43,905 bases of DNA, taken from sequence record DRR723986_7113. One strand, 5' to 3'. Below are positions 9,925 through 17,845 of the stretch, piece by piece. The first letter of the stretch is position 1. The number at the start of each line of letters is the position of its first letter. Below the pieces are notes generated by a model. The model made no database searches. It had not been told where the DNA came from and worked only from the letters and a program-made list of their open reading frames with translations. Position numbers and translations under genes: made by a program.

Positions 9925-11625
9925 TTAGAAGCTACTGGCCAACGTCAAAAGCATACCTGTAGCAGCCGGAACGTTACGACATACACCGCCAACACACACA
10001 ATTCCCTCTCGCTGGCGCGCAAAAGTGAGCTGCAGTCGATGTTGGTCTTGCACGTACGTTGCATTCATGCCCATGTAGTGGATTCGTTTGGACTCCACGT
10101 CATGCCCCAGGTTGTATTCATCTGAGATTGAGAAGAACCAGTTGGGGGCAAGCGAAACCTCAACCAGGGCAAACATCCAGTCGCCCCAGTCAGGCTCACC
10201 TGTCGCTTCCTGGCTCGTAAACGCATACTGCAGTTCGGTTCTGATCGAATTTACCGGTGTGAGCTTGTAGTGGAATTCGGTTGTGATAATGTTGGCCGAA
10301 ATCACACCATGGCTACCAATCGCTTTGCCCTCAATAATGTCACGGTTGTAATTAATGTGGAAGAATCCAGCATTAAACTTAAAGTCGCGATCCAGGCGCC
10401 GACTAATTTTCACGTTGAAGTCATCAAAGAGACGGCGACCGGCATCAAAGAAACCAGTCTCATACGTGAAGGTGTCGATTGGCGTGCGCTCCAGCGGATG
10501 TAATCGAGCATATTCAATCGAAATGTCGGTTCCATACTTACCACCAATGCCTTTGCCGCGCGGCAGATTAAACACGACACTCCCCTGCGCGCCAATTTCG
10601 CCATTTGTTTGCGTGGCATAGGGAAACAGCGTCACCAGGCGCTCAGTATGTGTCTGGCTCTGCGGAGGCAGAAAGTTTTGGTTCAGATTGTTGGCTGTCG
10701 CAGTACGGTCAGAACGCGAATCCATTTTGTCAACGCGTTTGGCGCTGAAGGATATCCCCAGCCCTTTTTGTGAGTAGCTGGTCGCGATGTAGAGACCATT
10801 GCCCTCGTTGTATGCAAAGTTCGAAGGGTTCGAAAGTGGGATGGTCGAGTCGCCCGGAAAGAAATAGACATCACTGGCCGAAGGGTCATTTGATTTAAAC
10901 GCGTATTCCGCGTAGACATCAAAATTGCCGAACGAGATGTTCATGCGGGCGGCAAGCGACAGGACATTTTCCGGCAAGATGTATAGAGGGTCGTTATCTT
11001 CCTGAAAACGACTAACGGCACTACCACCAAGTAAGAGGGTAAACTCGCTGTCTTCATCTGCAAAGAGGCTGCTGATATCAGTGTCGATATCCAGTCCACG
11101 CAGAATCCCCTGGCTCTTGTTCCAGAAGCTGCGCTGCCGGCCAATCAAACCAGTCACAGTTATGACGTCGTTTGGACGTACTTTTAGGCGCAGGCCATCA
11201 ATAGCATTGTCAAAACCGAGCAATCGTTCTTCATAGGCGCGTAAAATCAGCCCACTTCCAAATTGCTCATAGAAGTCACCGGCAGTCACATCAATGAAGT
11301 CTGATGTGTAGGTTGCATAACGATATGCAAACCCCTGCCCATCGGCAAAGCGCTCATCAAAACCAAGAATGGGGTTCAGATACGCTTCGTACCGTCCACC
11401 GGCGCTGAAGTCTCCAAGTGTGTAGATTAAGTTGACGTAGCCATTCAGCAACATCTCTTCATCCACTTCGGAAGCGCCCGTTTTTGTGTCTTCAATGTAG
11501 TACTGCGCGTCACTCTGCAGATCTCCGTGGATGGAGCCCAAAGTTACCGGCAAATCTTGAGAAATTAGTTGCCCCGGAAACAAGACCGCCGCTCCAAATA
11601 GAGCGGCGATTGCGAACTTATACAT
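9925..11625 (-). CDS. DUF6029-like outer-membrane beta-barrel protein
   Basis: Signal peptide; GDFYEQFGSGLILRAYEER and C-terminal RQREGIVCVGGVCRNVPA motifs; ends in Phe; lies between tlpA and omp28. Confidence 0.75.
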   Translation of the reverse strand: MYKFAIAALFGAAVLFPGQLISQDLPVTLGSIHGDLQSDAQYYIEDTKTGASEVDEEMLLNGYVNLIYTLGDFSAGGRYEAYLNPILGFDERFADGQGFAYRYATYTSDFIDVTAGDFYEQFGSGLILRAYEERLLGFDNAIDGLRLKVRPNDVITVTGLIGRQRSFWNKSQGILRGLDIDTDISSLFADEDSEFTLLLGGSAVSRFQEDNDPLYILPENVLSLAARMNISFGNFDVYAEYAFKSNDPSASDVYFFPGDSTIPLSNPSNFAYNEGNGLYIATSYSQKGLGISFSAKRVDKMDSRSDRTATANNLNQNFLPPQSQTHTERLVTLFPYATQTNGEIGAQGSVVFNLPRGKGIGGKYGTDISIEYARLHPLERTPIDTFTYETGFFDAGRRLFDDFNVKISRRLDRDFKFNAGFFHINYNRDIIEGKAIGSHGVISANIITTEFHYKLTPVNSIRTELQYAFTSQEATGEPDWGDWMFALVEVSLAPNWFFSISDEYNLGHDVESKRIHYMGMNATYVQDQHRLQLTFARQREGIVCVGGVCRNVPAATGMLLTLASSF

Positions 11626-11753
11626 TGGAATGCCTGCACTCGGTTTAACAAATCAGTTCAACAGTTGGTTATGCGCTGCGTTACTGTTGTTTGGCAGCGC
11701 ACGAACCTGGAAGCTAGCCCCTTAAATCGCTCCAATGTTCACTGGAACAAGAA

Positions 11754-11778
11754 CGGCCCCCGGAACAACCGGAGGCCG
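11754..11778 (-). terminator. GC-rich stem-loop after tlpA (weak terminator or mRNA stabiliser)
   Basis: - strand CGGCCTCCGG-TTGTT-CCGGGGGCCG; one position pairs as G-U only on the - strand; followed by TTCTTGTT. Confidence 0.5.
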
Positions 11779-11787
11779 ATATTTTTG

Positions 11788-12324
11788 TCAAAGTTTCCCC
11801 GCTTTAACCTGTTTGACGACTTCATAGAGTTTGATTTCATCACCAGGTGCGTATGAAGTATGTTCATAGACGATTTCACGTTTGGCATTCAGCACAAATG
11901 TGTGTGGCACGGCATTGACGTGCATGGCGCGTTTCAGATCGGCGTTTTCATCAATATAGACTTCGTAGTCCCAGCCGCGTCCATTAATGAATGGTTTGAC
12001 TTTGGGGCTTGTACGCGCGTCGTCAACTGAGATTGCGATCAGCTTAACGCCAGTTTCTTCTTGCCAATCTGGATATTCATCGTGAATCGTAGCGAGTTCA
12101 AGAATGCATGGTTTGCACCAGGTGGCCCAAAAGCTCACAATTATAGGTGCTCCATCATTTTTCATCTTGTCGGTATTGACCTTTTTACCTGTCAGGCTTT
12201 TAACATTAACTTTAGGCCAGGTCTTGACAGCCCCACTGGCCGCATCATCAGCGATTCCAGCGCTCGTAGCACCGAAAATCAATGCGCAACAGGCCAATAT
12301 AAACAGACGATTAGCTTTCAACAT
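11788..12324 (-). CDS. TlpA-family thiol:disulfide reductase (exported)
   Basis: SFWATWCKPC motif, cis-Pro loop AVPHTF, signal peptide; start placed at ATG 12324, a few nt downstream of GGAGA (ORF track starts at 12459). Confidence 0.88.
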   Translation of the reverse strand: MLKANRLFILACCALIFGATSAGIADDAASGAVKTWPKVNVKSLTGKKVNTDKMKNDGAPIIVSFWATWCKPCILELATIHDEYPDWQEETGVKLIAISVDDARTSPKVKPFINGRGWDYEVYIDENADLKRAMHVNAVPHTFVLNAKREIVYEHTSYAPGDEIKLYEVVKQVKAGKL

Positions 12325-12778
12325 TTCCATTCTCCAAACTATGCTAGCTGATTGAGTTTCAAATGTAGTTCCGCACCCGGTCAGGTCAAGTCCCGTGGGC
12401 GCCATGCAGAATAGCTCTGGTGTGCGCCGGTTTTCTCTCCAGACCAATTGGACATTCAAAGTTGCACTTCAAGGTCCATCCTGCAAAAACTTCCATTTTT
12501 TGTTCTTGCCGGGAACAAATACTGGATTCCAAGTGTATTACGGCTCAGAGGCCAAAAGTACGGTAGCGAAAATTAGCATTTTTGCTGCGTACAACAAATT
12601 CGGAAACCTTTACACTAATGGGACGTAGCAAGTTCCCAAGTGGAAAAAGAAACAGGTTGGAAATACAGTTTCATTTCCGTACATTTACGCTATTCGTACC
12701 AAACTATACATTTGGTGCGCATAAAATTGTCAAAAACAGATATACATATACGTAAGATTTTCGCGAACGGGTGTTACT

Positions 12779-13501
12779 ATGGTTTTAGCTCGACTATTTA
12801 TTGCGACCTTGATTCTGGTTACCGCCGGAGTATTTACTGCTAATGCGCAGTCGATCTCCATCTTCGGTGGCCCTCACACAATCAAGAGCAGTGTCACTGT
12901 TCCTGACGTTGAAGGCAAATTGCCGGTGCGCAATTCCGGATCCGAGATGTCCAACATCAAAGTTCGAATGATTGTGGAAAGCAAACAAGAAGGCCAGGAT
13001 CTCTACTTTTGCTGGGACCAATGTTTCCCTCCGAATATCACTGAATCCGGTGTAGTAACGATTGCGCCTAATGATGCATCCGACCTGTTCTCAGCGCACA
13101 TCAATCCAAACGGTGTAGCTGGTCAAGCGGTTGTTCGCTTTGAATTCTTCATTGAAGGCAACCCAACTGAAGTCACAACGGCTCGTTTCATTTTCGACAT
13201 TGAAAATGAAGTGGTAGACGTTGAAGAATACGACACGCAGCTCGTTGGAACGCAATTGGCTTCCTTCCCTTCACCTGCTGTTGAATCAGTTGAGTTGAGC
13301 TTCGTAATTCCTGGCAGCTTCAGCAATGCACAACTCTCGGTTCACAACTTGTTTGGAAACGAGGTTGCGTCCATGCCAATCACGACGAGTGAAGGTTCGA
13401 CGCTTCTGGACGTCACGGCATTTAACCCAGGCGTTTACTTTTACACGCTGACAATTGATAACCAGCGTGTTCAGAGCAAGAAATTTGTCATCAAGCGTTA
13501 A
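12779..13501 (+). CDS. Small T9SS type-A cargo protein with CWDQC motif
   Basis: Signal peptide; Ig-like domain with YFCWDQCF; C-terminal FPSPA...HNLFGNEV...PGVYFY...KKFVIKR CTD. Confidence 0.8.
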   Translation: MVLARLFIATLILVTAGVFTANAQSISIFGGPHTIKSSVTVPDVEGKLPVRNSGSEMSNIKVRMIVESKQEGQDLYFCWDQCFPPNITESGVVTIAPNDASDLFSAHINPNGVAGQAVVRFEFFIEGNPTEVTTARFIFDIENEVVDVEEYDTQLVGTQLASFPSPAVESVELSFVIPGSFSNAQLSVHNLFGNEVASMPITTSEGSTLLDVTAFNPGVYFYTLTIDNQRVQSKKFVIKR

Positions 13502-13536
13502 TCGCTTCGTGGCTAAGCAACGCCACAAATAAAATG

Positions 13537-13577
13537 AGAACCGCCAAGAGTTTGATCTCTTGTCGGTTCTTTTTTTG
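13537..13577 (+). terminator. Intrinsic terminator
   Basis: AGAACCG-C-CAAGAG / CTCTTG-T-CGGTTCT stem followed by a T-run. Confidence 0.8.
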
Positions 13578-13744
13578 TTTTTCACAAACTTTTCAACGAG
13601 CATTTATCGGGCTTTGCCCCACTTAAGGGCTAATACGAATTGCAAAAAATTCGGCAGAGTGCGATATTTGTAGACTTGTAGTGAATCGGTGGCCTGAATC
13701 ATGTCACCTTCATAACTTTATCTAACAAACGAAACGGAAATTCT

Positions 13745-14416
13745 TTGGGAAGACCGCGCAGCAGAGGCCCTAGGGGCCGACGTCAACCAATCCGCCAAGA
13801 ACCACGCGTACGAATCAATGAGCGCATTCGCGTTCCGCAGATCCGCGTCATTGACGTCGATGGAGAGATGATCGGCGTTATGTCACCTATGGCGGCCCTT
13901 AAGATCGCACGCGAACGTGAACTCGATCTCGTTGAAATTGCACCGCAGGCCAGTCCGCCTGTGTGTAAGATCATCGATTTTGGAAAGTACCGTTACGAAC
14001 AGCAGAAACGTGAGAAGGCTCAGAAAAAGAGCCAACATCAACAGCAACTCAAAGAAATTCGCTTCAAGTTAGGCGTTGATACGCATGACTTTGACTTTAA
14101 GACGCGGCATGCGCGCGAATTTCTGGAAGAAGGCAACAAAGTCAAAGCCACTGTTTTTTTCCGTGGCCGCGAAATTGTGCACAAAGATTTAGGTAAAGCC
14201 GTCATCCAACGATTCATCGATGCACTTGCGGATATTTCCAAAGTGGATCAGCCCATCAAAATGGAAGGGCCAAACTGCTCGGTGATCGTTGCCCCGGATA
14301 AAACCAAAATCAAGAAAAAACCGCGTCCCGAAAAAGAATCGGGTAACGCAGAAGGCAAGTCCGGCAATGCCGACGATGCCAATGAGCCTGAAGATCAAGG
14401 AAGTGATTCCGAATGA
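13745..14416 (+). CDS. infC: Translation initiation factor IF-3
   Basis: RINERIR, LDLVEIAPQASPPVCKIIDFGKYRY, KVKATVFFRGRE motifs; non-ATG (TTG) start; exact start uncertain. Confidence 0.95.
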   Translation: MGRPRSRGPRGRRQPIRQEPRVRINERIRVPQIRVIDVDGEMIGVMSPMAALKIARERELDLVEIAPQASPPVCKIIDFGKYRYEQQKREKAQKKSQHQQQLKEIRFKLGVDTHDFDFKTRHAREFLEEGNKVKATVFFRGREIVHKDLGKAVIQRFIDALADISKVDQPIKMEGPNCSVIVAPDKTKIKKKPRPEKESGNAEGKSGNADDANEPEDQGSDSE

Positions 14417-14464
14417 TCGTCTGCTCTTTAAGTAATCGACTCCGTAAACTTAACAGGTGCTACC

Positions 14465-14662
14465 ATGCCTAAAATGAGGACTAATAGCTCCGCCAAAAAA
14501 CGGTTCAAGAAAACCGCTACTGGCAAGCTGAAACGCCAAAAGGCATTCCGCAGTCACATCCTGACCAAGAAGACGCGTAAGCGTAAGCGCGATCTCCGTC
14601 AAGATGCGATCCTGCATCCAGCCGATGGGCCGCGCATCAAGCGCTTGCTCGCAATGGCCTGA
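14465..14662 (+). CDS. rpmI: 50S ribosomal protein L35
   Basis: [21 protein letters not shown]...HILTKK; infC-rpmI-rplT order. Confidence 0.97.
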   Translation: MPKMRTNSSAKKRFKKTATGKLKRQKAFRSHILTKKTRKRKRDLRQDAILHPADGPRIKRLLAMA

Positions 14663-14795
14663 TTTGTCTCTCTCGCGGTAGCCGGCGCGCACGCAGCACA
14701 TCTATGTGTTGTGTGCGGCGACTTCAGGTCGTACAGATGCGTCGGAGCCCCGTAATTCACAAAATCTGTAAATTCAATCGTTAAGGATTGTAATT

Positions 14796-15143
14796 ATGCC
14801 TCGTTCAAAGAATAAAGTCGCCTCGCGCGCGCGTCGTAAAAAGATGCTCAAGATGGCGCGTGGTTATTGGGGTCTGCGTAAAAACGTATGGACCGTAGCC
14901 AAGAACCACATCGAAAAAGCACTTCTCTATCAATATCGTGATCGCAAAGCACGCAAGCGCGAGTTTCGCCGCCTGTGGATCATTCGAATCAACGCCGCTG
15001 CACGTATCAACGGCACTACCTATTCGAAACTGATCAATGATCTGAAGAACAGCAATATTCTGATCAACCGCAAAATTCTGGCCGATCTGGCCGCAAATCA
15101 GCCCGAGGCATTTGCACAGCTGGTGCAATCCGTCAAAAGCTGA
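14796..15143 (+). CDS. rplT: 50S ribosomal protein L20
   Basis: [36 protein letters not shown]. Confidence 0.97.
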   Translation: MPRSKNKVASRARRKKMLKMARGYWGLRKNVWTVAKNHIEKALLYQYRDRKARKREFRRLWIIRINAAARINGTTYSKLINDLKNSNILINRKILADLAANQPEAFAQLVQSVKS

Positions 15144-15166
15144 TAGCCGGACCCAATGATAATCGT

Positions 15167-15211
15167 AAAAGACGGCGCGACAGTCCTTCGGGATTTTTCG
15201 CGCCGTTTTTT
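15167..15211 (+). terminator. Intrinsic terminator after rplT
   Basis: ACGGCGCGA...GTCC-TTCG-GGAT...TCGCGCCGT with UUCG tetraloop and T-run. Confidence 0.75.
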
Positions 15212-15289
15212 CATCCAGGCCTTTTTGTCGCCAAGCCATTTAACTGATTGGTCTATCTCAGGACCAATTACCTGACCGGAGTATCTGGA

Positions 15290-16288
15290 ATGATACAAAA
15301 TATCGCCGCCCTGCGGCAAGAGATGCAGACTGACCTGCAAAATATTGACTCTCTCGATGCCGCCGAGGCGTTTCGCCTCAAACACCTCGTCAAAAAAGGC
15401 AGCCTGAATGCCTTGACCCAGGATTTCAAGTCCGTACCACGCGAAGAAAAGGCCTCCGTGGGCAAAGCCCTCAATGAGCTGAAACAGTGGATCAATACGG
15501 CCTTTGCCGATGCGGTAGACTCTTTCAAGTCAGCCGCCGATGACGCACAGTCTGTGGATATTACCTTGCCGGGAAGGCGGCCCTTCGTTGGCGCACAACA
15601 CCCCGTCAACGCTTTAATTCGCGATATCTCACGGATTTTCAGCGGACTGGGCTTTGACGTTGCCGAAGGTCCGGAAGTCGAAGATGACCTGCATAACTTT
15701 GACAAACTCAACTTCCCGCCCAACCACCCTGCGCGCGACATGCAGGACACATTTTTTGTGCAGGATGATGAGCAAAAACTTTTATTGCGCACGCATACTT
15801 CTCCGGTTCAGATACGCCTGATGCAGTCGCGCAAACCGCCGATCCGCTGTATCGTTCCGGGCCGCGTGTACCGCAACGAAGCAACCGATGCCACACACCT
15901 GGCTGAATTTCATCAGGTTGAAGGCCTCTACGTTGACAAAAAAGTCTCGATGGCTGACTTAAAAGGTACCTTATATACCTTTTTTGGTGAGCTATTCCAG
16001 GACAGTTCCCTGGAATTTCGCCTGCGTCCCTCCTTCTTCCCGTTTACCGAGCCAAGCGCTGAAGTAGACGTGTTTGTGAGCGATAAACGCGGTGAACGCT
16101 GGATCGAACTCTGTGGTTGTGGCATGGTGCACCCCAATGTCCTGCGCAATTGTGACATAGATCCCGAAGAGTATTCTGGTTTCGCGTTTGGTTTTGGAAT
16201 CGAACGCCTGCTGATGCCTCGCAGAAAAATTACCGATATTCGGATGCTCTACGAGAATGACATCCGTGTACTGCATCAGCTTTCCTGA
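15290..16288 (+). CDS. pheS: Phenylalanine--tRNA ligase alpha subunit
   Basis: HPARDMQDTF, LLRTHTSPVQ, FHQVEG, FFPFTEPS, GFAFGFGIERL; ATG 15290 after GGAG. Confidence 0.97.
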   Translation: MIQNIAALRQEMQTDLQNIDSLDAAEAFRLKHLVKKGSLNALTQDFKSVPREEKASVGKALNELKQWINTAFADAVDSFKSAADDAQSVDITLPGRRPFVGAQHPVNALIRDISRIFSGLGFDVAEGPEVEDDLHNFDKLNFPPNHPARDMQDTFFVQDDEQKLLLRTHTSPVQIRLMQSRKPPIRCIVPGRVYRNEATDATHLAEFHQVEGLYVDKKVSMADLKGTLYTFFGELFQDSSLEFRLRPSFFPFTEPSAEVDVFVSDKRGERWIELCGCGMVHPNVLRNCDIDPEEYSGFAFGFGIERLLMPRRKITDIRMLYENDIRVLHQLS

Positions 16289-16317
16289 TTATCTGCAGCG
16301 AATCTTCCCAGGTTTTA

Positions 16318-17022
16318 ATGAGTAACGCAGTTCTTCAGTCTCGCGGCCTGACCAAAACCTTCACGACTGCCGCCAAGCAGTCACTGACGGTGTTGCAGCG
16401 CGTATCCCTGGACTTACAGGAAGGTGAGATGGTTGCTGTTGTGGGGCCTTCCGGGGCCGGCAAAAGCACCTTGCTGCACATTTTGGGTGGCCTGGACAGT
16501 CCGGATACGGGCGAAGTTCTGCTGCGCGTAGATTCCGGGGAAATGCAAAACCTGGCCAAGTTATCTGATGAAAAGCTGTCGGCGGCACGGAACCGTCACA
16601 TAGGATATATTTTTCAGTTTCACCACCTCCTCCCCGAATTTTCGGCAATCGAAAATGTGATGATGCCCGCACTGATTGCTGGTGTTTCGCGCAAACAGGC
16701 ACACAAAGACGCGCTGGACTTGTTGGGTGAAGTTGGCCTGGCCGATCGCGCGGAACAACGCCCTGTTTTACTTTCCGGCGGTGAGCAGCAGCGCGTCTCA
16801 GTGGCGCGCGCCCTGATCAACAAACCAAGTGTCGTTTTTGCGGATGAACCGACCGGCAACCTTGATGCAGCCAACAGTAAACGCCTGATTGATCTTTTGC
16901 AACGCGTTAGACGTGACTATCGCCAGACATTTCTGGTCGCCACACACGACCTGGAGTTGGCGGACCAGGCTGATCGAGTTATTCGATTGAGCAAGGGCGC
17001 AGCCACGGTTCAGGACCGCTAA
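16318..17022 (+). CDS. lolD: LolD-like ABC transporter ATP-binding protein
   Basis: Walker [44 protein letters not shown]. Confidence 0.8.
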   Translation: MSNAVLQSRGLTKTFTTAAKQSLTVLQRVSLDLQEGEMVAVVGPSGAGKSTLLHILGGLDSPDTGEVLLRVDSGEMQNLAKLSDEKLSAARNRHIGYIFQFHHLLPEFSAIENVMMPALIAGVSRKQAHKDALDLLGEVGLADRAEQRPVLLSGGEQQRVSVARALINKPSVVFADEPTGNLDAANSKRLIDLLQRVRRDYRQTFLVATHDLELADQADRVIRLSKGAATVQDR

Positions 17023-17153
17023 CAACAGCACGATTTTTGCTTCAAGTCTCAATGGCAGCTGCTTTCGACCACAGAAAATCCACCGCTAAATTTTCAATTG
17101 GATGTCTCTAGCCATCTGGACGTTCTTAAGTCACCTACGATCATACCTTATCA

Positions 17154-17565
17154 GTTTAGGGAAAATGTTAACATTCGCAACATTCAAGTTAATAGCTGAC
17201 CAAACAAAGCTCCCGCCTTTCCTGTTTAGTTCAATTGTCATCCTGCGAGTAATTCCAATGAAAATAAACTGACGAGGACCGAGTTCCATATATCCGGTCT
17301 AATTCAACTGATAACCTGTGGTTTATTCCAATACACAATAACCGACGAGGCCAGGTTCCCGCTTTTCCCGTTTAGGGTAGCTTTTGACATTCGGCTCTTT
17401 CCAGTTGATAGATGACCGGGACATTATTCTGCTTATCCAGATTTAGCTGTCTGCCATCCTGCGATCTATTCCAATGAACAAAAACTGAGGAGGTTGAATA
17501 CCTGTATTTTCAACTTAAGTTAATTGTCAACCTTTGGTTTATTCCAATGAAAATAAACTGACGAG
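17154..17565. repeat. Non-coding nested tandem repeat array (70/73/73-nt units, 216-nt super-period)
   Basis: Unit starts at 17182, 17252, 17325, 17398, 17468, 17541; ATTCCAATGAAAATAAACTGACGAG identical at 17252 and 17541, variants at 17325 and 17468; GTTTAGGG (17154/17370), CATCCTGCGA (17239/17455) and AACCTkTGGTTTATTCCAAT (17313/17529) recur 216 nt apart; no ORF >=60 aa. Confidence 0.85.
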
Positions 17566-17770
17566 ACTGCATAAATACTTGACCGGCAAGTAATTCCGAT
17601 TAAACGGACTCCTATGTGAAATCAATGGGCCCCCACCCCCTGCCGCCACCTCCAAACTCTATTTTTTCAGAAAATCCCGCGTACACGCCAGCCCTCCAAC
17701 TGCGTCAGATTTTTTTTTGTTAAGTGAAATTTTCCATGCCATTGATGCCTGGCGCTATTTTGCGCCGCTG

Positions 17771-17779
17771 TGTTACAAT
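17771..17779 (+). promoter_or_regulatory. Putative extended -10 promoter (TGn-TACAAT)
   Basis: TGTTACAAT at 17771-17779, upstream of the structured region and with no credible CDS downstream. Confidence 0.35.
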
Positions 17780-17845
17780 ACTACTATGTTTTGTGATCGC
17801 AAAAGAAACTTTATTCCTCAACGGCCGGTATTTCTGCATAAACGC

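Noticed and set aside
17154-17565. Canonical CRISPR array
   Set aside because: The period is CRISPR-like, but repeats are degenerate, the intervening segments resemble one another with a 216-nt super-period, and no cas genes are in the window
17154-17565. Leucine-rich-repeat pseudogene (one frame reads NKLTRTEFHISGLIQL)
   Set aside because: Units are 70 and 73 nt, not multiples of 3, so the core changes frame each unit; stops are frequent and no ORF >=60 aa exists. Not fully excluded, since the 216-nt period is in frame
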